Counted from the first letter of the stretch, positions 9,234 through 18,643 are shown. The stretch: 64,000 bases of DNA from Gammaproteobacteria bacterium (GCA_965215365.1 CBDCDS010000003.1:1184001-1248000), one strand, 5' to 3'. The notes: a model not told the origin generated them from the sequence alone. Numbers and translations: made by a program.

Positions 9234-9603
9234 GGTCACCTCTATTAATTAGAGGTGACCGTGCAGCACAAGGATGTGCTGCCAGTAACAGCAAGCACGT
9301 AAGTGCTTGAAAATGACAAATCGTCAGGATAGACGAATTGCAAACTACCTCCCTGTAGTTTGCCCCTTCGGGGCCAGCTACGCTGTCCAAATTCGTTCCG
9401 GACGAATTTGTGCACAGCCATAGCTGCCCGTAGGGTTGCGTCCACGGATGGACGCAATGAGGGAAATGAAAAATCATACTTTTTCATTTCCGTCTCACAA
9501 ATCCGCCCGGAGCGGATTTGGACGTCCGCAGGACGCCCGCAGGGGGCGTCCCAAGGATGGGACGCATCACAAAATACCACGGAGGGTATTTTTAGAGGTT
9601 ACC
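9234..9603. mobile_element. Family-B palindromic MITE containing three nested ~72-bp hairpin units (family C)
   Basis: Backbone matches 28069-28218, 33314-33545 and 47514-47665; extra units at ~9316-9460 (with an inverted unit ~9341-9414 inside) and ~9497-9568. Confidence 0.8.
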
Positions 9604-9683
9604 ATATATCGGCCTGATGCAGATGCAACTGGTGCCTGCCGTCCTCCATCTGCTTATAGAATGTGTTATAAAGCGAAATCAAG

Positions 9684-10493
9684 ATGACAAATCCGCATAA
9701 ACCCCGCATGAACAACAACCCAACCATAGAAATCAACCAACGCCTGCTCGTAGTCAGCATCAGCCTGACTCTGGGCGTGATTTTTATTGCGGTGATGAGC
9801 AGTTTGTTGGAACATCCCGGTTCACCGGTGGGGGCTTTTCTGCTGGATCGCCATACGGAGAATTTTCCTTATCCTTTTACCGTACAAAACGTGATGTGGC
9901 TGATGTTCAGTGTCGGTTGCGGTGAGTTGTGGGTGCGTTTTAAGCAATCCAACCTTGAATTGGCGCAGGCCTCGAGAAAATATCTTCCCGAAGATGATGA
10001 AACCGTGTTGCGGGTGCAGGACCTTGGCCCCTTATACAAGAAGGTATTGCCTGGCGAAGGCGAGTCGGTGTTCTTTTTACAGCGCCTCATCAAGCGCGGT
10101 ATTTTGCAGTTTCAGGCAAGCCGGTCGGTGGACCAGACCAACTCGTTGTTGAATTCATCCCTGGAACTTTTTCAGCATGAACTGGAGCTTAAATACAATA
10201 TGCTGCGCTATCTGGTGTGGTTGATTCCCACTCTGGGGTTCATCGGCACAGTTGTGGGCATTGTGTTTGCTTTGGATTATGCTGCAAGTGTTAATAACCC
10301 GCAGGACCCGGCGTTACTGGCCGGCGTCATCGGGCGCCTGGGGGTGGCGTTCTACACGACCTTGCTGGCTTTGATTCAGTCGGCATTGCTGGTGTTTGGA
10401 TTGCATATTGCACAGGGGCGCGAGGAGCTGGCCCTGAACCGGTCGGGGCAATATTGCCTTGATAATCTGGTCAATCGACTTTATGAAAAGTAG
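9684..10493 (+). CDS. MotA/TolQ/ExbB proton-channel family protein
   Basis: About 4 TM segments; WLIPTLGFIGTVVGI and LGVAFYTTLLAL signature helices. Confidence 0.88.
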   Translation: MTNPHKPRMNNNPTIEINQRLLVVSISLTLGVIFIAVMSSLLEHPGSPVGAFLLDRHTENFPYPFTVQNVMWLMFSVGCGELWVRFKQSNLELAQASRKYLPEDDETVLRVQDLGPLYKKVLPGEGESVFFLQRLIKRGILQFQASRSVDQTNSLLNSSLELFQHELELKYNMLRYLVWLIPTLGFIGTVVGIVFALDYAASVNNPQDPALLAGVIGRLGVAFYTTLLALIQSALLVFGLHIAQGREELALNRSGQYCLDNLVNRLYEK

Positions 10494-10505
10494 GGGGTAA
10501 CCGTC

Positions 10506-11153
10506 ATGCCTGTTTATCGCGATGCAGACGGCAACATCATTGAAGAAAAAACTGAAAAGTCCGGCATGAAGACCGTACCAACCGGCGAGGAGGGTGAGCG
10601 GCCGGCGGCGCCAACCTCCGACAGCGCGTCGGTCATCGGCCAAGGGCGCCTAGATGCGCCCACCAGGAAAATGCAGGCAAGCCGTCCGGTGGTGGCTGCC
10701 GCTGATGCAAAAACCCGGTTGGTGGGCAGCCGCCGCAGACAGGCAGAGCGGGAGCGGTTGCAGGAACAGGCGGATAAAACCGACGCCATGGAGGATCCGG
10801 TTGTGGGTTGGCTGGTGATTGTGCAAGGGCCGGGTAAAGGCCGCGCGTTGAAACTGGGCTATGGCACAAACTCCATGGGTCGGGGCGAGACCAATCGGGT
10901 CAGCCTCAATTTTGGTGATGACCAAATATCGCGTGATCAACACGCGACGGTGACTTATGATCCGCGCGGCAAGAAGTTTTACGTCCAGCAGGGCAGCGGT
11001 ACGAACCTGACCTACCTTAATGATGAACCGGTGCTGACGCCCACTGAACTGGTGGCGGGGAATGACCTCACCCTGGGCAACACGATGGTGCGGTTTGTCC
11101 CCTTCTGCGGCGCTGGTTTTGACTGGCAAAGCACCGAACATGACGAAGCCTGA
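10506..11153 (+). CDS. FHA-domain protein with disordered Thr-rich N-terminal arm
   Basis: VVGWLV..GPGKG, MGRG, ISRDQHA, SGTNLTYLN FHA motifs. Confidence 0.88.
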   Translation: MPVYRDADGNIIEEKTEKSGMKTVPTGEEGERPAAPTSDSASVIGQGRLDAPTRKMQASRPVVAAADAKTRLVGSRRRQAERERLQEQADKTDAMEDPVVGWLVIVQGPGKGRALKLGYGTNSMGRGETNRVSLNFGDDQISRDQHATVTYDPRGKKFYVQQGSGTNLTYLNDEPVLTPTELVAGNDLTLGNTMVRFVPFCGAGFDWQSTEHDEA

Positions 11154-12094
11154 TGGATGATTTTGGCGGACGTTTCGCGGCCGGGCAGATTCCCGGCGCG
11201 CGCCAGTATCAGGAGGATGACTACGGCGTGCTGGACGGGCGCGCCGACCTCGGCACGGACGGTGGTGAACATACCTTGCTGCTGGTGGCGGACGGTATGG
11301 GTGGTCATGTCGGTGGCGGTGTAGCAAGCCGACTTATCAACAAGACCTTCATCGAAACCTACCCGCGCGTATCAGGGCCTGTCACAGACCGGCTCCGGGA
11401 GTGCCTTGACGCGGCCAATCAGGCCGTTGCCGCAGCGGTTGCAGAACAACCGGAACTCGATGGCATGGGCTCCACCCTGGTGGCTGTTGTGGTGTCAGCG
11501 CGCGGCCTGGAATGGCTCAGCATTGGCGATTCCCCCCTGTGGTTATACCGGGATGGTCATCTGGTGCGTATCAACTCCGACCATTCCATGGCGCCGGCAC
11601 TGGCGGAGCTGGTCGCCAGCGGCCGCATGACTGAAGCTGAAGCCGCGCAAGACCCCAATCGGCACATGCTGCGCTCGGCGGTGATGGGCGATGAAATCTC
11701 TTTAGTTGATGTCTCCTCCCAGCCACGCGACCTGAAAAAGGATGATCTGTTATTACTGGCAAGCGATGGGATGATGACGCTGGGTGAGCAGCAGATAGTG
11801 AATATCCTGCAAGACCGGCACGGCGCGGCTTTGGCAGACACAGCCGGCGCGTTGCTCAAGGCCGTTGAGGATGTGGCCCTGCCGAACCAGGATAATGCCA
11901 CGCTGTTACTTTATACGCCTGAGGCCGATTACGGGATGGAACCGGTGGTTGCCGCTGAGCACAAAACACCATCCGCGCGCGTCGAGGACGTGAGACAAGA
12001 GGCAAAATATCCAATTAAAATGTGGGCGGCAATCATCGTTGGCGCGCTGGTGTTGGGCCTGCTTGTTTATTTTCTACTCGCCCCCAACGGGTAA
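11153..12094 (+). CDS. PP2C/PPM-family Ser/Thr phosphatase with C-terminal TM anchor
   Basis: RQYQED, VADGMGGH, MGSTL, IGDS, DHS, LLASDG, QDNAT; hydrophobic tail WAAIIVGALVLGLLVYFLL. Confidence 0.93.
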   Translation: MDDFGGRFAAGQIPGARQYQEDDYGVLDGRADLGTDGGEHTLLLVADGMGGHVGGGVASRLINKTFIETYPRVSGPVTDRLRECLDAANQAVAAAVAEQPELDGMGSTLVAVVVSARGLEWLSIGDSPLWLYRDGHLVRINSDHSMAPALAELVASGRMTEAEAAQDPNRHMLRSAVMGDEISLVDVSSQPRDLKKDDLLLLASDGMMTLGEQQIVNILQDRHGAALADTAGALLKAVEDVALPNQDNATLLLYTPEADYGMEPVVAAEHKTPSARVEDVRQEAKYPIKMWAAIIVGALVLGLLVYFLLAPNG

Positions 12095-12137
12095 TCACTA
12101 CTGTTGACACCGGCTTGATAGGGTCAGGATAGCAAAG

Positions 12138-13727
12138 ATGATACTGAAATATAGCTGTCGATACTGGTTATTGCCGTTATTTTTTGTTGGCGTGCCTGTT
12201 GCCGCTGACATTGACCCTGAACTGGTGCGTGAGAGTCTGGTGCAGGTGCGCGCCTATGATAATAACCGGGTCGTAGCTGAAGGGACAGGCTTTGTTATTA
12301 ACGATGAAGGTCATGTGCTCACCAATGCCCACCTTATAAAACAGTCAGCTCAGCTCACCGTTTTGTCCCTGACAACCGGCGCGGAAATCCTGGCACAACA
12401 AACCTTTGTCAATGAAGACCTGAATCTGGCGCTGTTGCAGGCCCGGGGTTTGGGTTTGCCGCCGTTGCCACTGTCCGAACAGGGAGCAGACATAGGCCGG
12501 ATCGTGCAAACACTCAAATATGCGGCGGCTGAGGCGGTACGGTTGTCGCAAGGCACCATTGGTGTCTATCAGGATATTCCGGGGCCGACAGCCGCTGCCC
12601 CAACGGTGCACCTGCTGGAGCATAATGCCATGATAAGCTCCAGGGAGTTTGGAATGCCGTTGTTTAATGAATGTGGTCAGGTTGTCGCCATGAATACGCC
12701 CGACCCGGAAGCGGCTCACTGGCTCACCGGGCGGCTTGCCGAACCGGAAGGAAAAGTGCTGGCTTTGCGCAGCAACGATATTATCACCGCATTACAGGAT
12801 AAAGGAATTACCCATACTGTCGTCACGGATGTTTGTCTGAGCGCCGTGGAACGCGCACAACGAACGGCTCTGCAACAACAACAGGCGGCTGCGGTCGCCA
12901 TGGCGGCACAACAGGCAGCCGAACAGGCCCGACAACAGGCAGAAGTCGCCCAAGCGCAGGCTGAAACTGCAAAGGCAGCCGCCGAGCAAGACGCAGCAGC
13001 CGCTACGGCGGCGAAACAGGTCGCCGAACAAGCCCGACAACAAGCAGATGCCGCCCAAGCGCGGGCTGAAACTGCACAAGCAGCCGCCGAAGAAGATGCC
13101 GCCCGGAAAAAACAGCAGGCCGAGGCCGCCGAGGCTGCCCGTCTGGCAGCCGAGGAAACCGCCGGACATAAACAGGAAGAAGCGGAGAGACTGCAACAAG
13201 AACAAGTAAAAAAAGAACAACAACTGCTGTGGGCCGTGGCAACAGGAACGGTGTTGATACTGTTGGCGTTGCTTGGCTGGTTCCTGTCGGCTCGTGCAAA
13301 AAGGAAAAAGTTACAGTCCGCTGCAGCCCAGGTGGGCGCCGCGCAACAGGACGCAGAACAAGCCCGGCAAGCCGCCGCCAAGGCGCCGCAACCCACGCCT
13401 TTCAAATGTGTATTGGAAGGCCATGACGACACCGGCAAACCGTTTACGTTAAGCATTCCGGCATTAGCGTTAGGTGACCCCGCAGGCGTGGTGCTTGGCA
13501 GAAGCCCCGCCGATGCGGAATTCATCATCGACTACGATGAAATATCTCGTGAACATATCCGCCTGACATATACCCATGACAGACTCTATGTGGAAGACCT
13601 CGACACCCTGAACGGCACAAGGGTGAATGGCGATACGCTGCAACCACAGGAAAAGGTACTGTTGCAGGATAAGGATCGATTGCAGCTGGGGCCGCTCAGT
13701 CTGACCGTGCGCCTGATACTCTTGTAA
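12138..13727 (+). CDS. Signal peptide - trypsin-like (pseudo)protease - Ala/Gln coiled coil - TM - FHA protein
   Basis: GTGFVI..GHVLTNAH; SSREFGMPLFNECGQVV in place of GNSGGPL; TM LLWAVATGTVLILLALLGWFL; LGRS, ISREH, EDLDTLNGTRVNG FHA motifs. Confidence 0.85.
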   Translation: MILKYSCRYWLLPLFFVGVPVAADIDPELVRESLVQVRAYDNNRVVAEGTGFVINDEGHVLTNAHLIKQSAQLTVLSLTTGAEILAQQTFVNEDLNLALLQARGLGLPPLPLSEQGADIGRIVQTLKYAAAEAVRLSQGTIGVYQDIPGPTAAAPTVHLLEHNAMISSREFGMPLFNECGQVVAMNTPDPEAAHWLTGRLAEPEGKVLALRSNDIITALQDKGITHTVVTDVCLSAVERAQRTALQQQQAAAVAMAAQQAAEQARQQAEVAQAQAETAKAAAEQDAAAATAAKQVAEQARQQADAAQARAETAQAAAEEDAARKKQQAEAAEAARLAAEETAGHKQEEAERLQQEQVKKEQQLLWAVATGTVLILLALLGWFLSARAKRKKLQSAAAQVGAAQQDAEQARQAAAKAPQPTPFKCVLEGHDDTGKPFTLSIPALALGDPAGVVLGRSPADAEFIIDYDEISREHIRLTYTHDRLYVEDLDTLNGTRVNGDTLQPQEKVLLQDKDRLQLGPLSLTVRLILL

Positions 13728-13901
13728 TCTGATATCGCCAGGTGCGGCGGGACAGATAAGGGCACTGACAGGCGATTGCAAGCAAGGGCGCGCCGGTCAA
13801 TGGCTGTTTGCGGAGGCGACCATGGGGTTCTTTGTGTCCGTGGCGAGGTAGTCGGAGCGGGCATTGTGGCCCCGGGATTATTTGCAAATACCCCGAAGAC
13901 A

Positions 13902-13936
13902 GGTTATAAGCAGCTTTTATGAAACTGCTTATAACC
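13902..13936. promoter_or_regulatory. Perfect 12-bp inverted repeat, probable autoregulatory operator of the downstream gene
   Basis: GGTTATAAGCAG-11nt-CTGCTTATAACC ending 14 nt before ATG 13951. Confidence 0.55.
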
Positions 13937-13950
13937 ACTGGTAGCGGTCG

Positions 13951-14985
13951 ATGAGATACACGTCATTGGTGCCAAGCGCCCAGGTCGCCTATGCGGACCT
14001 GCTCACCAGCCTTTACAACTCAGCCATCCCGGGCCGCGGCATTTCCTGTTTCACCCGAAATGTGAAAGGGAAAAATTACTGGTATCTGCAATACACTATC
14101 GGACCCAGCAAGCGCTCCTGTTACCTTGGCCCTGATACCGACTCCATTCGCGAGCGGGTGGTAAAGTGCAGGCAAAAACAGGATGAGGACAAACAGCAAC
14201 ACAGTGGGAGAAAACGCATGGTAGCCACCTGTATCGCAACGGGCCTGCAGGCTTTGTCGCCTGCCGAAGCCCGGGTCTATGAGGTGTTGGCGCAAGCGGG
14301 CCTGTTTGAGGCGGGCGCGGTGATTGCAGGGACACACGCTTTTCTCCATATCGGCAATATGCTGTGTGTTCAGTGGGCGCATTTTGCCACGCGCACCAAG
14401 GATGTTGATATCGCTCAGAAGCAGACCATTGCCGTGGCGTCCCCGCCTGTGAATATGGATTTCGGGGAAACGCTGGCGCGGGCGGATAAGGGTGTTTTTC
14501 CGGTCCCGGCACTGGACTCCAGGCAACCGTCAACCCGGTTCGCCCTGCGCAACCAGGACTTGACCGTCTCCCTGCTTACCCCGTTGCGCGGCAGGCCGTC
14601 GGGCAAACCGGTGCTGCTGAAAGGCTTGAATGCGGCAGCTGAGCCGGTGCGCTACCTGGATTACCTGATTGAAGACAGCCAGCCTGCAGCCGTGCCTGCG
14701 GGAACAGGCCTGCTGATTCGCATCCCGTCCCCGTCCCGTTTTGCCTTGCACAAACTGGTGGTTTCACAACGGCGTCCTGTCGCGTTCGCAGCAAAGAGCC
14801 GCAAGGACCTGGCGCAGGCGGCAGCGGTGCTGGAGGTATTGAAAGATCTCAGGCCCGGAGATATTGAACTGGCCGGCGCTGCCGCCGTGCGTATGGGGAA
14901 CAAATTTGTCAAGCAGATGCTGGCCGCCGCCAATCTGATCGATGAGGAACTTGGCGCGCTGGTCAGAGCTGCCGTGGTCAGGTAG
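13951..14985 (+). CDS. GSU2403-like nucleotidyltransferase-fold protein (putative Abi/TA component)
   Basis: N-terminal [14 protein letters not shown]; [38 protein letters not shown]. Confidence 0.75.
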   Translation: MRYTSLVPSAQVAYADLLTSLYNSAIPGRGISCFTRNVKGKNYWYLQYTIGPSKRSCYLGPDTDSIRERVVKCRQKQDEDKQQHSGRKRMVATCIATGLQALSPAEARVYEVLAQAGLFEAGAVIAGTHAFLHIGNMLCVQWAHFATRTKDVDIAQKQTIAVASPPVNMDFGETLARADKGVFPVPALDSRQPSTRFALRNQDLTVSLLTPLRGRPSGKPVLLKGLNAAAEPVRYLDYLIEDSQPAAVPAGTGLLIRIPSPSRFALHKLVVSQRRPVAFAAKSRKDLAQAAAVLEVLKDLRPGDIELAGAAAVRMGNKFVKQMLAAANLIDEELGALVRAAVVR

Positions 14986-15019
14986 GGTAAAATCATACTT
15001 TTATTGTAACTACTCACCC

Positions 15020-15311
15020 ATGCCTGACTACCTCCACGATTACTGTGGCGACTCATATCACTACACCGCCCCGGCAGGCAGTTTCCCGGCCAACCCCTGG
15101 GGCTTACACGATATGCACGGCAATGTGTGGGAGTGGGTGCAAGATTGCTGGCATTACACTTATGAAGGCGCGCCGACGGATGGCAGTGTTTGGACGAGTG
15201 GTGATTGCAGCCGGCGCGTGTTTCGGGGTGGTTCCTGGCTCAACGATGCGTGGGGCTTGCGTTCCGCCTTCCGCCTCTCGGACGCCCGCACGAACCGCCT
15301 CAACATATTGA
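15020..15311 (+). pseudogene. Internally deleted kinase-FGE gene: kinase start MPDYLH fused to the C-terminal part of an FGE-sulfatase domain
   Basis: First 19 nt identical to the starts of kinase copies 2 and 3; then [23 protein letters not shown]...RVFRGGSW; lacks the terminal GFR motif. Confidence 0.85.
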
Positions 15312-15929
15312 GCGGTTGCTCTTGTTTCTCGATAGTCGCTTTCCATCGTCGGGCGCTATCGGTGAACGCCTCGTTCAACAGACTGACTCATTTCAGTTCG
15401 GTAACGCAAGAGTTCTCGCGTGGGCGACGAAAGACAATTTGAGGGTCATATCGAGGGACTGTCGGTGGTGGTAATGCTTCAGGAGGTTTATGACAGGGCT
15501 GAGGATCGATGCGTCCATTTCAGCGGTCCAACAGAATCCACCGACAGCCGTTTGTTCTTTGAAACCGGCCAACCGGAAGATACCGCAGCAAGCCAGTGGG
15601 GACGAAAGCTACTGGACAAACTGAAAAAACGGCAGTGTGGCCAACCATCCTCGGATTATCTTCGTATGCTCGTAGTCGATTTCTCACGTGCCGACACCGG
15701 ATGGCCTGATTTTATTTGCTGGCCGGGCATTGCCCAGCGACTCTCGAAGACGGTGAAGTTGCTCGCAGAGAAAGCCGGGGAACCGCTCGCATATGACGCC
15801 GTGTTGCCTGTCCGACTGAGCGATGTGAGTGGAGAGCGTTACTTCGGAGAGGTCATTTTACTGGATCATAGATGTGCGGAGGATGTTGAACGTATTGTGC
15901 AGGCGGCCTCGCTTAATCGTTGCAGCTGA
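15290..15929 (+). pseudogene. Fragment(s) of a hypothetical protein gene
   Basis: Protein-like ORF 15420-15929 without a clear start; stop overlaps the PIN gene ATG. Confidence 0.4.
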
Positions 15930-16420
15930 TGCAAAGCATATACATAGAAACCACGATACCAAGTTATTTAACAGCTCGGAATAATCCGGATTTAAGGGTG
16001 GCTGCGTGGCAGCAAATAACTTTGCAATGGTGGAACGAAGAGCGGGTAAAATATGATATATTCATTTCAGAGTTGGTCACTGCCGAGGCTTCCAAAGGAA
16101 ATTATCAGGCAGCACGACGACGGCTTAAATCACTGGAAAATATTGCCGAGTTGGCTATAGACGTTGACATGAGAGAGTTGGCAAATGCTCTTATGAGAGG
16201 TGGGGGAATACCTGAATCATCAGAAACCGATGCCCTGCACATCGCCATAGCAGCAGTGCATCAGGTTGATTATTTGCTGACTTGGAATTGTCGCCATATA
16301 AACAATGCGGTCACGAAACCCATGGTGCGCAGATTATGTCAGGAAGCAGGACATATTTGTCCGGAAATCTGCACACCTCTTGAACTGTTATCGGAGGTTC
16401 AATGGCATGTACCGAGATGA
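15929..16420 (+). CDS. PIN-domain (VapC-like) toxin
   Basis: IYIETTIPSYL, ISELV..E, DALHIAIA, DYLLTWNCRHI, ICTPLEL. Confidence 0.88.
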   Translation: MQSIYIETTIPSYLTARNNPDLRVAAWQQITLQWWNEERVKYDIFISELVTAEASKGNYQAARRRLKSLENIAELAIDVDMRELANALMRGGGIPESSETDALHIAIAAVHQVDYLLTWNCRHINNAVTKPMVRRLCQEAGHICPEICTPLELLSEVQWHVPR

Positions 16421-16610
16421 AATTATTGAAGAAGTCTGGAAAAACAGGGAAACCTACGCCGCCAGCCATGATCATAATCTTGCAAAAATAGTCGATGATT
16501 TGATGGCCCGTCAAAAAAAATCCGGGAAAATCGTAGTGGACCGGCGCCCCATTCCTGATGACGATACCAATACGGATGAGGTTGCCACTCGGCTCCGGGC
16601 GGGTATGTAA
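16407..16610 (+). CDS. Small partner (putative antitoxin) of the PIN toxin
   Basis: MYRDEIIEEVWKNRETYA...HNLAKIVDDL..RQKKSG; overlaps toxin end; GGAGG upstream. Confidence 0.7.
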   Translation: MYRDEIIEEVWKNRETYAASHDHNLAKIVDDLMARQKKSGKIVVDRRPIPDDDTNTDEVATRLRAGM

Positions 16611-16618
16611 TCCCACCC

Positions 16619-17899
16619 ATGCCTGACTACCTCCACGCCCTGCCTGCCGGCTACCGCCTTGACGAATACGAACTGGTGCGGGTGCTGGGCAGTGGCGGGT
16701 TTGGCATTACCTACCTGGGCTATGACCACCACCTAGACAAAGCCGTCGCCATCAAGGAGTACCTGCCCAATGATCTGGCGGTGCGCGCTGACAATCACTC
16801 GGTGCTGCCCAAGTCCAGTCAGGACAAGGCCGATTACGAATGGGGCTTGGCACGCTTTCTCAATGAAGCGCAGACCTTAGCCCGCTTTGACCACCGGCAC
16901 ATTATCAAAGTCTATCGGTTCTTCCGCGCCCATGGCACCGGGTATATCGTGATGGAGTATGCCGAGGGAGAAACGCTATCGGAGGTGTTACAGCGTAAGG
17001 GGACTCTGACAGAGACCGAGTTACAAGCCCTGCTGTTTCCCATTCTGGACGGGTTGGCCGTGGTGCATGAGGCCGATGTGCTGCACCGGGACATCAAGCC
17101 GGGGAATATTGTGATACGGGACGATGGCAGCCCGGTATTGATTGACTTCGGCTCGGCGCGTCAAGCGGTGGCGGGGAAGAGTCGCAGTGTGACGGCAATT
17201 GTGACGCCGGGGTATGCACCGATAGAGCAGTATTCAGCCAAGGGGCATCAGGGGGCCTGGACGGATATTTATGCCTTAGCCCGCATATCTCACCAAGTCG
17301 CTTGTCGTCTTGTGAAACATAATTGCTTTCAATAAGTTATGACAATACTGCTACTCTTCCCGCATAACAGACTGCGCTTGATGCGCCCTCGCTGGTCTTG
17401 GTTCTGCCTGCGGGCACGTGCTCCCTCAACCATAGCTACCGCTATGGTTTCGGTCGCAGGCACCCGCAGGCAGAACCAATCCGGCGCGATCTTCGCATCA
17501 CTTGGTGAGATATGCGGGCTAGGGGCGGTGTGTTACCGGTGTTTGACCGGAGAGCTACCTGATGATGCAACCGAGCGCTTGCGCGATGACCCGTTAGTCC
17601 CTGCTGTCCAGCACTGCAAGGGCAAGGCAAGCACCGCCTTGCTCAACGCCATAGACCGGTCTCTTAAGGTAGATGAGGGGGAACGGCCGCAAAGCGTGGC
17701 GGCATGGCGGGAGATGCTATTGAATAAGACGGTAGCTTCAGCCTATCACCAGATAGAGGAAACGGCGAAACCGGCCACCCGGCCTCCTTCAATAAGCTCT
17801 CCAGAGGCTAAAGTTGGTTGGTTAAAACTCCTTTGGCTGGTTGGGGTAGCAGTGTGGGTAATCTTGTTAGTCTTTTTAGTCTTTTACTTCACCATATAA
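16619..17899 (+). pseudogene. Ser/Thr kinase copy 2, split by a MITE and ending after its TM helix
   Basis: Near-identical to copies 1 and 3; 243-nt in-frame insertion in DIYAL|GAV with one TAA (17333-17335). Confidence 0.9.
17279..17519 (+). mobile_element. Family-A MITE (241 bp, TA target duplication, IS630/Tc1-like signature)
   Basis: TIR GCCCGCATATCTCACCAAG / CTTGGTGAGATATGCGGGC; empty site visible in kinase copies 1 and 3. Confidence 0.95.
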
Positions 17900-18213
17900 G
17901 CGCGGTCGTGTGGTCCGACAGTCAAAAATACAACTGTTTCATCTGTTCGGTTTTCGCAGAAGCAATATCGGCATTCCTTGACGCTTCGACATTCTTCACA
18001 GATAACGAAAATCACCCGAAAGTTTCTGCCTGCCCGTGCACTGGGGCAACCTCGCAAGTCCAGCCCTCCGGCAACTTTTCCGAGGCGCTCTGTTCTATCA
18101 TAAGGGTCATCTAGGATTTGTCCGACTATTTTCCGGATGCGTTTGCGCAAACTCGAATAACGTGCAAGATTACGAACAAACCGGTCTTCATAAAACCCTT
18201 GATATTCATTCAC
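17884..18213 (-). CDS. RelE/ParE-like toxin with Cys-rich insert
   Basis: F.RNLARY..IRKIV.QILDDPY..ERL..L.G..SAR..NFRVIF..VVFLTVGPHDRAY; CxxC-x4-CxxCxC. Confidence 0.7.
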   Translation of the reverse strand: MNEYQGFYEDRFVRNLARYSSLRKRIRKIVGQILDDPYDRTERLGKVAGGLDLRGCPSARAGRNFRVIFVICEECRSVKECRYCFCENRTDETVVFLTVGPHDRAYMVK

Positions 18214-18436
18214 TCCATACTTCCTCGTGAGTATGGAACTTCAGTTTTCCCGTTTTTCTCCGTTCAGAAATATTAACCATGTCTTCGCGCAGAGGGGATT
18301 CCTCGTGCCATTCCAATACCCCCCGCTGACGTGAAGCAAACTCCATGAGTTCTTCCTGTACCACTTTACGGATGAGTCTTTCTAATTCGCCCAAGGTAAC
18401 TTTGCTTTCTGGTGTTGTTGCCATCTGACCGCTCAT
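18206..18436 (-). CDS. Putative antitoxin of the RelE-like toxin
   Basis: Small protein VTLGELERLIRKVVQEEL...HTHEEVW overlapping the toxin start; start codon uncertain. Confidence 0.65.
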   Translation of the reverse strand: MSGQMATTPESKVTLGELERLIRKVVQEELMEFASRQRGVLEWHEESPLREDMVNISERRKTGKLKFHTHEEVWSE

Positions 18437-18643
18437 TTTCAAACCCTCGTCTCTCGATTTCTCCCTGATTTCAATGACAGTTTACTAAATTCCTGCTTTT
18501 CACTCTACCCTCTCTCAAGGAGTCCAAGTATTAGTTGTTTCGTGATAATTTGAATATGATGATGAGAGACGAACCTGATCCTTGGAGGGCGATACCAGCC
18601 TCGCTCTTCGAATCAGACAGCTATCATATACCAACGGTTTATC

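Noticed and set aside
9245-9617. ORFs within family-A and family-B repeats (also 33321-33594, 37598-37780, 58829-59011)
   Set aside because: Open frames in non-coding MITEs; no transposase similarity
9684-10493. Zorya ZorA or flagellar MotA
   Set aside because: No long cytoplasmic tail, no OmpA-domain B subunit, and no zorC/D/E or flagellar genes
9684-13727. T6SS regulatory module or canonical TerY-P triad
   Set aside because: No tss genes in the window; the vWA is membrane-anchored and not adjacent to the PP2C and kinase, unlike TerY-P
15038-15311. DGR template repeat for kinase 3
   Set aside because: Differences from 21871-22140 include many non-adenine and synonymous changes, it is not AAC-rich, and there is no RT nearby; it is better explained as a deleted paralogue
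17333-17335. Programmed readthrough or selenocysteine in kinase 2
   Set aside because: The stop is TAA and lies inside a MITE inserted in the kinase core
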